A DNA stretch of 62,663 nucleotides, counting the filler, from an uncultured Myxococcia bacterium (lineage in GTDB: Bacteria > CAZTWC01): the NCBI GenBank assembly GCA_964617105.1. It is 11 parts of 11 records of this genome, joined end to end, with 100 filler letters (N's around TTAATTAATTAA, not from the genome) between each part and the next. Parts side by side here need not be neighbours in the genome. Positions count along the whole stretch, not along the records: positions 5,861 to 11,549 come from CAZTWC010000248.1; positions 11,650 to 17,334 come from CAZTWC010000249.1; positions 17,435 to 23,107 come from CAZTWC010000250.1; 8 more parts are not named here. One strand, given 5' to 3'. Shown piece after piece: positions 8,849-18,269 of this stretch. The notes under the pieces were generated by a model. It saw only the letters and a program-made list of their open reading frames with translations, was not told where the DNA came from and ran no database searches. A program made the position numbers and the translations under genes. Each line of letters opens with the position of its first letter. The first letter of the stretch is position 1.

Positions 8849-10951
8849 TCAATCATCATCATCTTCGTCATCAACTTTGCTCTCTTTGATAATTTTTTCT
8901 TGAAGTTGAGCAGGCACCTCTTCATAGTGGGAGTGCTGCATGGTGAAAATTCCCTGGCCACTGGTCATAGACGTGAGATCTGGAGAATATTTCAACACTT
9001 CAGCCATGGGCACCTGAGCTTTAATTATCTGATTTTTCCCCTGAGTATCCATGCCTAACACTTTACCCCGGCGGCTGTTGAGGTCACCGATAATATCGCC
9101 CATAAACTCTTCCGGCACGGTAACTTCCATGGTCATAACCGGTTCTAGTAAAGTGGGCTTAGCCTCTTTGGCGGCAAGTTTAAAGCCCTTAGACCCGGCA
9201 ACTTTAAAGGCCATCTCTGAGGAGTCTACATCGTGGTATTTGCCATCAAATAGACGTACCCTGATGTTTTCCATAGGAAATCCGCCCAAAACACCCTTTT
9301 CCATGGCTCCAATGATCCCTTTTTCCACAGCTGGGATATACTGGCGGGGGATAGAGCCACCCACAATATTATCCACAAATTCAAAGGGTTCCTCAGCATC
9401 ATAGGGCAAGGGCTCAAGGTCGATATAACAGACGCCGAACTGTCCCCGGCCTCCGGTCTGTTTTTTATGTTTCCCTTCTATATTGGTAACCTTTTTCTTA
9501 ACAGTTTCACGATAGGGTACTTTAGGTAGAGCCAGAGTCACTTCCACCCCAAATTTGCGTTTCATTTTATCCACTATCACTTCGATATGATTTTGTCCCA
9601 TTCCTGATAAGATTAGATCTTTGAATTGCTCATCGCGGGTTACCACCAGGGTGGGATCTTCTTCCTTCAACCGGTTTACCGCATTGGCGATCTTATCTTC
9701 ATCACCCTTGCTTTTGGGCTTAATCGCAAAGGATATAGCCGGCGGTGGTGAAGATGGCAGGGAATACAATACCTGGTGACTATCATCACACAGAGTATCT
9801 CCGGTTATAGTCTCTTTTAATTTGGCTACGGCCAGGATATCCCCTGGAACAGAAGCCTGGACTGCCTCAGGTTTTTTTCCGAACAGTTGCAATATTTGTC
9901 CAAAACGCTCTTTGCACTGTTTTTTTGAATTATAAACCACAGAATCGGGGTTTAAAATACCGCTTAATATTTTAAATACCGATAATTTACCAGCATAGGG
10001 GTCCACAATAGTTTTAAAGACCAGAGCGGCAAAAGGCTCATCAGGAGAAATTTTCCTTTCTATCTCTTCTTCGCTTTTGCAGTCAATGGCTGTGATAGAT
10101 CCAGTCTCCAAAGTAGATGGGAAATAGTTTACCACCAAATCTAAAAGAGGAGTTATGCCGATATTCTTAGAGGCTGACCCGCAGAGAATGGGAAAGATTT
10201 GACGTTTTTTAACCGCTTTTTTTAATCCTTCCAAAATTTCATCTTCATTCAACTCCCCCTCTTCAAGGTATTTTTCTAGTAATTCATCATCGGTTTCAGC
10301 AATATTTTCAATTAATTTTTCCCGAGCGCTCTCCACTTCGTCCATTAAATCGGCAGGGACTTCACCCTCTTTAAATTCTCCGGTTCCGTCATTTTCATAC
10401 ACATAACTTTTCATCTGCAGCAGATCCACAATACCGTTAAAATTAGCCTCTTGTCCAATGGGCAACTGGAGCGGAGTAAAATGGGCAGACAGATTTTCAG
10501 AAAGATCGGCCACGGTTTTTTCAAAATCGGCCCGCTCCCGATCCATTTTGTTGATAAAGGCTATACAGGGCAGGGAACGATCAGAAACATTTTGCCACCT
10601 TTTATAGGTCTGGATCTCCACACCATCAACAGCACTTACTACCAGCACAGCACTATCAATAATTTGGATGGAGTTGATGGTATCGGCTAAAAAGTTTATA
10701 TCCCCCGGAGTGTCAACGATATTTATTTTGTGTTTTTTCCACTCCAGCCAGGCAATACTGGCATTTATTGACATCACCCGGTTTATTTCTTCTACATCAT
10801 AATCAAAAATGGTATTTCCTTCTTCCACTCTGCCCTGGCGGGTGGTAGCCTTTGCAGAGAACAGCATAGCCTCTCCCAGAGAGGTTTTACCAGCTCCCTT
10901 ATGGGCCAACAGTCCTATGTTCCTCAAATTTTCGGCATTATAGCTTTTCAT
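8849..10951 (-). CDS. fusA: Elongation factor G-like protein (EF-G paralog, EF-G2 type)
   Basis: AHKGAGKT, DTPG, NKMD, GMGQNHIE, PYRET, KQTGGRGQFG, DGKYHDVDSSEMAF and LLEP. Switch I reads RVMSI instead of RGITI. Not in a str operon. Confidence 0.9.
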   Translation of the reverse strand: MKSYNAENLRNIGLLAHKGAGKTSLGEAMLFSAKATTRQGRVEEGNTIFDYDVEEINRVMSINASIAWLEWKKHKINIVDTPGDINFLADTINSIQIIDSAVLVVSAVDGVEIQTYKRWQNVSDRSLPCIAFINKMDRERADFEKTVADLSENLSAHFTPLQLPIGQEANFNGIVDLLQMKSYVYENDGTGEFKEGEVPADLMDEVESAREKLIENIAETDDELLEKYLEEGELNEDEILEGLKKAVKKRQIFPILCGSASKNIGITPLLDLVVNYFPSTLETGSITAIDCKSEEEIERKISPDEPFAALVFKTIVDPYAGKLSVFKILSGILNPDSVVYNSKKQCKERFGQILQLFGKKPEAVQASVPGDILAVAKLKETITGDTLCDDSHQVLYSLPSSPPPAISFAIKPKSKGDEDKIANAVNRLKEEDPTLVVTRDEQFKDLILSGMGQNHIEVIVDKMKRKFGVEVTLALPKVPYRETVKKKVTNIEGKHKKQTGGRGQFGVCYIDLEPLPYDAEEPFEFVDNIVGGSIPRQYIPAVEKGIIGAMEKGVLGGFPMENIRVRLFDGKYHDVDSSEMAFKVAGSKGFKLAAKEAKPTLLEPVMTMEVTVPEEFMGDIIGDLNSRRGKVLGMDTQGKNQIIKAQVPMAEVLKYSPDLTSMTSGQGIFTMQHSHYEEVPAQLQEKIIKESKVDDEDDDD

Positions 10952-11114
10952 CCTGCGACCATCCTTTCATTGAAATAGAAATAAACGATTAGATTTGATA
11001 ATATTATATGTAACGAATTTTTGTTAAACACAATGGAAAGTCAACTACAGTCCCATAAAACGGGTAAAAAATCAAGCTCATAAATGCGAGTTACCTGAAA
11101 CCGATTTATCTAGC

Positions 11115-11143
11115 TTGACATTGCCACAATTATTTGGTAAAAA
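11115..11143 (+). promoter_or_regulatory. Sigma70-type promoter for tRNA-Leu/Lys
   Basis: TTGACA (11115-11120), 17-nt spacer, TAAAAA preceded by TGn, 16 nt before the tRNA. Confidence 0.6.
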
Positions 11144-11159
11144 TATTGCCCTTCTAGGC

Positions 11160-11246
11160 GCCGGGGTGGTGAAACTGGTAGACGCAGTGGACTCAAAATC
11201 CACCGGGCTTATGCTCATGGGGGTTCGATTCCCCCCTCCGGCACCA
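11160..11246 (+). tRNA. tRNA-Leu(CAA)
   Basis: GCCGGGG/CTCCGGC acceptor stem, anticodon arm GTGGA-CT-CAA-AA-TCCAC, long variable arm, GTTCGATT and encoded CCA. Confidence 0.95.
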
Positions 11247-11257
11247 AAATCAAATTA

Positions 11258-11334
11258 GGGCTTGTAGCTCAACCAGGTAGAGCAGCGGACTCTTAATCCG
11301 GAGGTTGAAGGTTCGATTCCTTCCAGGCTCACCA
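11258..11334 (+). tRNA. tRNA-Lys(CTT)
   Basis: GGGCTTG...CAGGCTC-ACCA, anticodon loop CT-CTT-AA and GGTTCGATTCC T-arm. Confidence 0.95.
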
Positions 11335-11342
11335 GTAATATC

Positions 11343-11376
11343 AAGGGGTTAGACGAAATGTCTGGCCCCTTTTTTT
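11343..11376 (+). terminator. Rho-independent terminator after the tRNAs
   Basis: AAGGGGTTAGAC-GAAAT-GTCTGGCCCCTT hairpin followed by a T run. Confidence 0.7.
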
Positions 11377-11381
11377 GTTGG

Positions 11382-11414
11382 TTGACCAAAAATTGACCAA
11401 AAATTGACCAAATA
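11382..11414. repeat. 3 x 11-bp direct repeat TTGACCAAAAA (possible integrase arm-type sites)
   Basis: Copies at 11382, 11393 and 11404 (last is TTGACCAAATA), about 50 nt downstream of tRNA-Lys. Confidence 0.7.
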
Positions 11415-11649
11415 TTGTCTAGGAACAAAATGAAAAGAAAACAGGGAAAATAATTTTTCCTTTAATTCCAATATGTTGTAAGTTTTTGTCCCAGTGTAAA
11501 ACATATCCGAAGGTCTTTAATTTGGTTTTCTTAAGTAATTTTAACCCATNNNNNNNNNNNNNNNNNNNNNNNNNNNNNNNNNNNNNNNNNNNNTTAATTA
11601 ATTAANNNNNNNNNNNNNNNNNNNNNNNNNNNNNNNNNNNNNNNNNNNN

Positions 11650-12643
11650 CTGCGCCAATGGCATCCACTAGTTGGTAAAGGTTGTGGGGCTCAAAAAAGG
11701 CGGTGATCAAAAAAAGTCCGCTATCTACCGGACTGAAGGCGTAAGAGAAAATATCGTTGGCCAGGGCGGCCTTATACTTGGTTTCCATTACCAGATGAGA
11801 ACTTTCTCCCTGGCCCAAAATAATGGCCAGAATATCCAAGGCACAAATATCCTGGTGGGTGATTTCGGGGATATGCCAGGCCATCTGGAGTTGACCTTCG
11901 TGGACATCGTCAAAGATGATACTACTTCGGGTGGAGGTTTGGGGCGGTTCCTGCGGCCTGGTACGCTTCAGGTTTGGACGGTTTTTAAGGGGAGCGAAAA
12001 GTCTGGCGATTTTTTCGATGACAATTTGAGTTTCAAAATCACCAGCCACCACCAACACCATATTATTGGCTACATACCAGTCATGGTAAAAATTAAGCAC
12101 CTTTTCTCTGGTAAATGAATTGATAGTTTTCTCGGTGCCGATAATTGAATAGCGGTAAGGGTGCTGGCTATAGGCCAGAGAAAACAGTTCATCACCAATT
12201 TTTCGATCCGGCAAATCGTGGTCCCTCTTGAGTTCCTCCAGGATTACCACCTTCTCTTTTTGTAACTCCTCTTCTAAAAAACTGGAGTTTAAAATGGCGT
12301 CCGCCATAATATCCAGTCCAATATCGAACTGGTTACTGGTGAGGCATATATAAAAGACGGTCTGATCCAGGGAGGTCCAGGCATTAATCTCTCCTCCGGC
12401 AGCCTCCACGGTTCTGGCTATTTCGCCCACTCCCCGCTTGGATGTGCCCTTAAACAGCATGTGTTCGTGCAAGTGGGCCAGTCCCCGCTCGTCTTTTTTC
12501 TCATCAGCACTGCCTGCTTTGATCCAGGTTTGGAAAGTTACTACGCTGGCAGCATGATTTTCCATTAAAAGAACAGTTAAACCATTTTCTAAAATATATT
12601 TTGCTGTCCCTCGGTAATTTTCAATAAATTTGATTCTACTCAT
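11650..12643 (-). CDS. M16 family (pitrilysin-like) zinc peptidase, 3' truncated
   Basis: GSADE...GLAHLHEHMLFKGT (HxxEH) and INAWTS. Confidence 0.93.
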
Positions 12644-14142
12644 TTTTTTTCTCTAAGTATATCGGTGGAGTCTTGAAAAATTTTAACATCGTCAATCATA
12701 TCGCGATTTATCTGCTCTATTACTTCAATATCTACCTCCATCATCTTGGCAATCTCCTGGCAAATATTTTCAGGTACATCAAACTCTTCCAGGGATATAC
12801 CAACGCTGGTGGTCAAACGGTCAGCAAATTGAACCGCAGTGATGATCTCTTGTTCTGAAGTTTTTTCCTGGTTAAGTTTTTCCTGGTGGTGGAAAAAATT
12901 AACTTCCTTTAACCACTGGGTAAAGCCCCATTTATCTAAAAGCATTCCGCCTGCCTTTTGGTGGATATGCTTAGATAAGTGACCGAGCACCAACTCTTCA
13001 AAGCATTTTTCATCGGTAATTGCCAGATCCAGGATTATTTTTGGGGTTACCACAAAACCAACATCGTGTAACAGACCGCAGAGAAAAGATTTTACCTGGG
13101 GCCAATTTTTTTCTTTGGCCAGACCCAGGCAAAAAAGACCACAACCAAGGGCGTGGGACCAGATTTTATCGTAAAAAAGGTTAAACAGTCGATGGGCATG
13201 AGCGCTGTTACTCTTCTGGTCTATGGCGGGCGGATAATAGATAGAGTTAAATACGAGATACAAAATGACTAAAACAGTTAGACTTTCCGGACCACAGTTT
13301 GATTCGATATCTTCCAGGGAGGTCATTTTTTTTTCTGATCGAAAAAATGATAGATTGGAGATGGGAATAATTTTGGGGGCCAAATTGTTTTGGTCTGACA
13401 ATAATTGGAGCGGAGCGAAGTTTTCATCTTCGCTTTGATTGATAAGTTTTATTATAAGTTGCAGATGGTTTGGCTCAATAATGTGAAAGGGCAATTTTCC
13501 CTGGCTAATAATTGTTTTAATTTTGGGCAACAGCAGTTTGGCAACCGATAACAGGGTTTCCCTTTTATCTTCGCTAAATTCCTGTTGAATGTTTTCGTCA
13601 GCCGCATCACTAATCACGAATTTCGAATCTTCGGTTTCATCAATTTCGCTAAAGAGGTTATTGCAGTGCCGGCAGACCCGAGTGGCTTTCAATAGGTAGT
13701 TGCCGCATTGGGGGCATTTTTTCATTCTGCCCTTAACGTATATTTGTTTTTCCGCTAATAGAGCCAAGACTATTTTGGATAGCAACTCCTGTCCTACGTA
13801 AGGTTTATTGACAAAATCATCAGCACCCAGCGAGAGCGCTTTGTCCACGTTTTCTTTGTCGGTCAGGGCAGAGAGAATGATAATGGGTACTTTCTTAAAT
13901 CGTTCAACCTGGCGGATTTTTCCGCACAAAACAAAGCCGCTGGTGTCAGGAAGCATCAGGTCCATCACAATCAGGTCCGGCATTTGTGAAGAGAGATAGG
14001 AGAAGGCCTCTTTACCATTCATGGCAATATCCACGTTAAATTTACTTAGAAGTTGAAAACGTAGGGTATCACTGATCATTTTGTGATCTTCTATCACCAA
14101 CACGGTTTTCTTGGTGGGGTCTTTTTTAGTTGTTTCATTCAT
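12640..14142 (-). CDS. Response regulator with REC, zinc-ribbon and HDOD domains
   Basis: REC: VIEDH, DLIVMDLMLP, KP. Zinc ribbon: CPQC...CRHC. HDOD-like: WSHALGCG, FLCGLLHDVG, FHHQ. Confidence 0.8.
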   Translation of the reverse strand: MNETTKKDPTKKTVLVIEDHKMISDTLRFQLLSKFNVDIAMNGKEAFSYLSSQMPDLIVMDLMLPDTSGFVLCGKIRQVERFKKVPIIILSALTDKENVDKALSLGADDFVNKPYVGQELLSKIVLALLAEKQIYVKGRMKKCPQCGNYLLKATRVCRHCNNLFSEIDETEDSKFVISDAADENIQQEFSEDKRETLLSVAKLLLPKIKTIISQGKLPFHIIEPNHLQLIIKLINQSEDENFAPLQLLSDQNNLAPKIIPISNLSFFRSEKKMTSLEDIESNCGPESLTVLVILYLVFNSIYYPPAIDQKSNSAHAHRLFNLFYDKIWSHALGCGLFCLGLAKEKNWPQVKSFLCGLLHDVGFVVTPKIILDLAITDEKCFEELVLGHLSKHIHQKAGGMLLDKWGFTQWLKEVNFFHHQEKLNQEKTSEQEIITAVQFADRLTTSVGISLEEFDVPENICQEIAKMMEVDIEVIEQINRDMIDDVKIFQDSTDILREKK

Positions 14143-14291
14143 TAAAAATTACCATCTATTAATGGAAGTTGACAAATATTCAAAATATTATAAAATTTCC
14201 ACCATCTTATAGCAAGTACTTTATACCTATAATCAGCAATTAACTCGCTGACGTGGGTAGTAAAAGTGGTTTATTTTCAGAGGTTTTAGAG

Positions 14292-15056
14292 ATGGAATCA
14301 ACAGTAATATATATTTTAACAGCCTTTGAGGAGGAGATGCAGGGGATTAAAGAGATCCTTGACCGGGAGTATAAAAATAACAAATTGCGGTTTGAGTATT
14401 TTTTAACCGGCGTAGGTGAGCCCTCCTCAGGATTTTTTAACCATTTGTCTGAAAAAATAGAGAGGGAAAAAGTAGATTTAATAGTGGGGACCGGTTGTTG
14501 TGGAGCATTGGTGGATTGGTTGCTGCCTGGGGACCTGATTTTACCAGGGAAGATACTGATTGGACAGGAAAAAGATGCCTGGCAGGCCGAGCAATCCATA
14601 CACCAACAGGTTTTAGTGGCGGCGGAACGAACCAGCCGCCGCTGTTTTTCAGGAACTATCTATACCTCTCGCCAGGTTATCGATAAATTGGAAGACAAAA
14701 AAGATATTTTCCAAAAATTGGATGCCATTGGGGTAGATATGGAATTATACTATCTAGCCAATTTTACCAAAGAGCGCGGCATTCCCTTTTTGCCTATTAA
14801 ATACGTTGCCGATACCCTGGATCAATCTTTGCCATCATCGGCTTTTCTAAAAAGATATTTTCAATTATCCAGAAAAAAAGATAGCCCCCTGATTAAATTA
14901 AAAAAAACCTATTTAATTGCCACAAATCTCAGGAACACCATAAAAACTGTCCGGCTCAGGACCAACTTGAAAAAAGGTATCGATTCCCTGGCCATTGTAT
15001 TATCTGCGTTTTGTCAACCCTGCATTAAAATGCCGGGAGTTAAACCCCGGACATGA
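14292..15056 (+). CDS. Nucleoside phosphorylase / MTA-SAH nucleosidase-like protein (PNP_UDP_1 fold)
   Basis: TAFEEE, TGVG, GCCGAL...PGDLI, GVDME and KYVAD. Confidence 0.7.
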   Translation: MESTVIYILTAFEEEMQGIKEILDREYKNNKLRFEYFLTGVGEPSSGFFNHLSEKIEREKVDLIVGTGCCGALVDWLLPGDLILPGKILIGQEKDAWQAEQSIHQQVLVAAERTSRRCFSGTIYTSRQVIDKLEDKKDIFQKLDAIGVDMELYYLANFTKERGIPFLPIKYVADTLDQSLPSSAFLKRYFQLSRKKDSPLIKLKKTYLIATNLRNTIKTVRLRTNLKKGIDSLAIVLSAFCQPCIKMPGVKPRT

Positions 15057-15260
15057 ACCCGGGAATTCTTTTCGTTCTTAAAAATTATAATCCCTCTCAT
15101 CATTAATAATACCCTTGACCATTAATTATAATACTGATAAATAAATAATCTTTATTTTTGAATAGATAGTAATTATAGATATTACACTTGGTTTTAACAA
15201 TGGTAAATTCTCGGACGGGAACTACATGTCTGTATTTATCATAATTTGGAGGATAAAATA

Positions 15261-16802
15261 ATGAACTTGAGTAAAGTGGTGTGGATAGTATTTTTATTGT
15301 TTTTAGTGACAAGTATGGGATGCACTAAAAAGGTAGAGCCTGAAAACCCAAAATACTGGCTCACCCAGATAGGAGACAAAAAAAACCATAAAGATGCGGT
15401 TAGCAACTTGATCCGCTTAAAAGACAAAAAGGTGATTCCAGAACTGATAACCATGTTGAAACAGGGCAAATACATGGCCGATATAGTCCATATTATCAGT
15501 GAAATCGGCGCTGCCTCCAATATGAATTCCTTACTGGGGGTATTGAACTACAAAGTTGGTCGGGCCATGGATACGGCTAGTAAAGACGCCAACCGGGCCA
15601 ACCAACGGATCGCTGATGCTGTAGCCAGGTTTAATTATAAAAAAGGGGAAGGAGCGATGATTAAGTTGCTGGATGCTCGAGATCAATACGTCCAGTTATC
15701 GGCCATCAAGGCATTGGGAGTAATTGGTGGCAACCAGGCAGTGGACAAATTGGTAAGTTTAGCCATGGATGATTATACCCATGTTTTTATCAATAAACAT
15801 GTAATTATTGCTCTGGGCGCTATAGGTGATTCCAGGGCAATACCGGCTTTGATTAGAAATCTGTTTGTAGAAAGAAAAGGGGTTAGTTTCTACGGAGAAA
15901 CCTCTATCGCCCTGTTTAAAATGGGTGCTTTGGTAGTGGATCAACTGATAGATGTCTTAAATGGAAAACACGAATTAATCGCCAAATTGAATGCGAAAAA
16001 ACCGATAGTAGAGAGCGCCTACTTTATCAAAGCAGCGGTGATATTAGGTGATATTGGCGACAAGAGAGCAGTCCCCCATTTACTTAAAAGACTTAACTAT
16101 GAATTTATCGGTGAAGAGGGGATGGAGCAGCAGCCAATGACCTTGATGGTAAGAATGAATACCGCTTCTGCCTTAGGCCGAATGGGGATAAAAGAGGCAG
16201 CCGCACCTATTGGCAAAATGTTGAAAATTACCGAGCCCACCACCAGGAAGACCTATTCTGATGCCTTGAATATGATCAATGAAAAGAAGGTGATACCCAG
16301 TATGTTTAAGGCTCTAAGAACTGGAGAGAACACCGCCAGACACGCTGTACTTCAGGCTTTAACCAAAATAGGGGACGAAAAAGATTTGGACAAGTTGAAA
16401 AAGATATTGGCCAAAGAAAAAGATGAGAAATTGAAAAAAATGTACAAAAGGGAGTTTGTTCGGTTGGAGGCCTACGATAAATGCAAGCAGGATATGGGCT
16501 GCTGGATTAAGATTCTGAACGATGTCAATGAAAATTGGAGGGTTCGGGAAAGGGCGGCCTTTGAATTAGGCAGAAGCGGGAACCAACAGGTAATAGATCC
16601 CCTACTGAAAAATATCAGCACCCAGGAAACTGATGTTCGATTTGCTATTATCTGGGCTCTGGAGCAATTGAAGCCTATGAAAGGTTTATCTCAGTTGGAA
16701 AACCAGTTAAAGGCAGAGAAAAAGAAGGTGGAAACCATTAGAATCAATGAGGATTTGAAGCGACTGGTGATTAAAATGAAAGGCTGGGGAGCCACCTCAT
16801 AA
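15261..16802 (+). CDS. HEAT/PBS-lyase repeat lipoprotein
   Basis: GGAGG RBS, lipobox SMGC, repeated ALG.IGD.RAIP.L units. Confidence 0.85.
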   Translation: MNLSKVVWIVFLLFLVTSMGCTKKVEPENPKYWLTQIGDKKNHKDAVSNLIRLKDKKVIPELITMLKQGKYMADIVHIISEIGAASNMNSLLGVLNYKVGRAMDTASKDANRANQRIADAVARFNYKKGEGAMIKLLDARDQYVQLSAIKALGVIGGNQAVDKLVSLAMDDYTHVFINKHVIIALGAIGDSRAIPALIRNLFVERKGVSFYGETSIALFKMGALVVDQLIDVLNGKHELIAKLNAKKPIVESAYFIKAAVILGDIGDKRAVPHLLKRLNYEFIGEEGMEQQPMTLMVRMNTASALGRMGIKEAAAPIGKMLKITEPTTRKTYSDALNMINEKKVIPSMFKALRTGENTARHAVLQALTKIGDEKDLDKLKKILAKEKDEKLKKMYKREFVRLEAYDKCKQDMGCWIKILNDVNENWRVRERAAFELGRSGNQQVIDPLLKNISTQETDVRFAIIWALEQLKPMKGLSQLENQLKAEKKKVETIRINEDLKRLVIKMKGWGATS

Positions 16803-16803
16803 T

Positions 16804-17334
16804 ATGCAAGAAGATATCAATGAATTGCTGGTTCTTTGCCAGGAGCAGCAAAACAAGATAGAGGAGTTGGAGTGGCAGAATCGACTGCAAAATGTGGTTT
16901 TGGATCATAGTTCCGACTGGGTCTTTCTGCTGGAACAGGAAGGAGCGGTGATCTATTGTAATGGCGTGGCTAAAGAGCATTTTGAGATAAACGATGATTC
17001 TCTGGGACACACCCACCTTTCATTTTTTTGGTGTGGCGCTGCCCTGGATAAGGTTGCCGTTGCCCTGGATATCATTTTGGCTACCAAAAGTAGTGTTACG
17101 GTAGATGTTTCTGGCTGCGGAAAAGAGCCAAACCATTACCATATGAAGTTGACCTATATCGGTGTTGAAGATAGTAACTATGATATTCTGTGCGTCACCA
17201 GGAATGTTACCAATCAGAAGGTCTTTGAGCAGGAACGGCAGAGGATGGAGGATGAACTGATTAAGCATCGGGATTATCTAGAGGAGATGGTTACCGAGCG
17301 TACCAGGGCGTTGACCTTGGCTAATCAATATACT
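16804..17334 (+). CDS. PAS-domain sensor protein N-terminus (3' truncated)
   Basis: PAS-like segment ending CVTRNVTNQK, then the coiled coil LEEMVTERT typical of histidine kinases. Confidence 0.7.
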
Positions 17335-17434
17335 NNNNNNNNNNNNNNNNNNNNNNNNNNNNNNNNNNNNNNNNNNNNTTAATTAATTAANNNNNNNNNN
17401 NNNNNNNNNNNNNNNNNNNNNNNNNNNNNNNNNN

Positions 17435-18269
17435 ATCCGATGCCTTTCCAAAAGGATATCTGCCCCGGCCGGCTCTACCACTACACTGGTTGAAAAAACC
17501 GGATGGTGAAAATCCAAAAATTTTGAAAAAACGCAACTGGCTGCTGGTCAGAGCGTTATCTAACCCGCTTGTCGAGATGTTGCCAGATTGCCGGAGTTCA
17601 AAAGAGATTGTCGCCAGTTTTACTACTACGAGCAAAGTTTCGACATCAACAACCACCTTCTGTTTTACCCATTCACAATCGCATAACAGTATCAATCGAT
17701 TAACTGGAACAACTGGTGAAGATGGATTCGCTCCCTATATTCAGACGCAATTATGGTTTTATCCTCAAATATCACTGGATTGTTATATTTTGCTGGATAC
17801 AGACCGGTTGCCTGAAAATGAACTTAAAATTTGCCTGGAAGATATAGGAGCAATCGGATTTGGTCGTGATGCCAGTATTGGACTGGGCAAATTTGAAGTA
17901 AAATATTTAACCATTAGTCCACTATCTGATCAAAAAAAAGCGGATGCTTGTCTGACTTTGGCGGCATGTGTCCCACAAGGGCTGGGCTATGAGCAACAAT
18001 GCTGTTTTTACCAGACTTTTACCCGGTTTGGCCGCCATGGTGATCTTGCCGCTATCAGTGGTAAAAACCCTTTTAAAAATCCCATATTGATGGCCAGGGC
18101 AGGGGCTGTATTTGGAATTATGCCACCTGAAACAGGCTTTATCGGTCAGGGTTTAGGAGATAACAGGATTTCAAAAGTGATACCAGAGACAGTTCATCAG
18201 GGTTATTCGCCAATAGTGGCGGTGTTACTTTCAGAACCAATGGCAAAATCTATGGAGCAGGTGCAATGA
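17435..18269 (+). CDS. csm4: Type III-A CRISPR RAMP Csm4 (5' truncated)
   Basis: Frame open from the contig start: SDAFP.GYLPRP, HNSINRLTGTTG, GFGRDASIGLGKF, TRFGRHG and NPFKNPILM. Confidence 0.88.
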
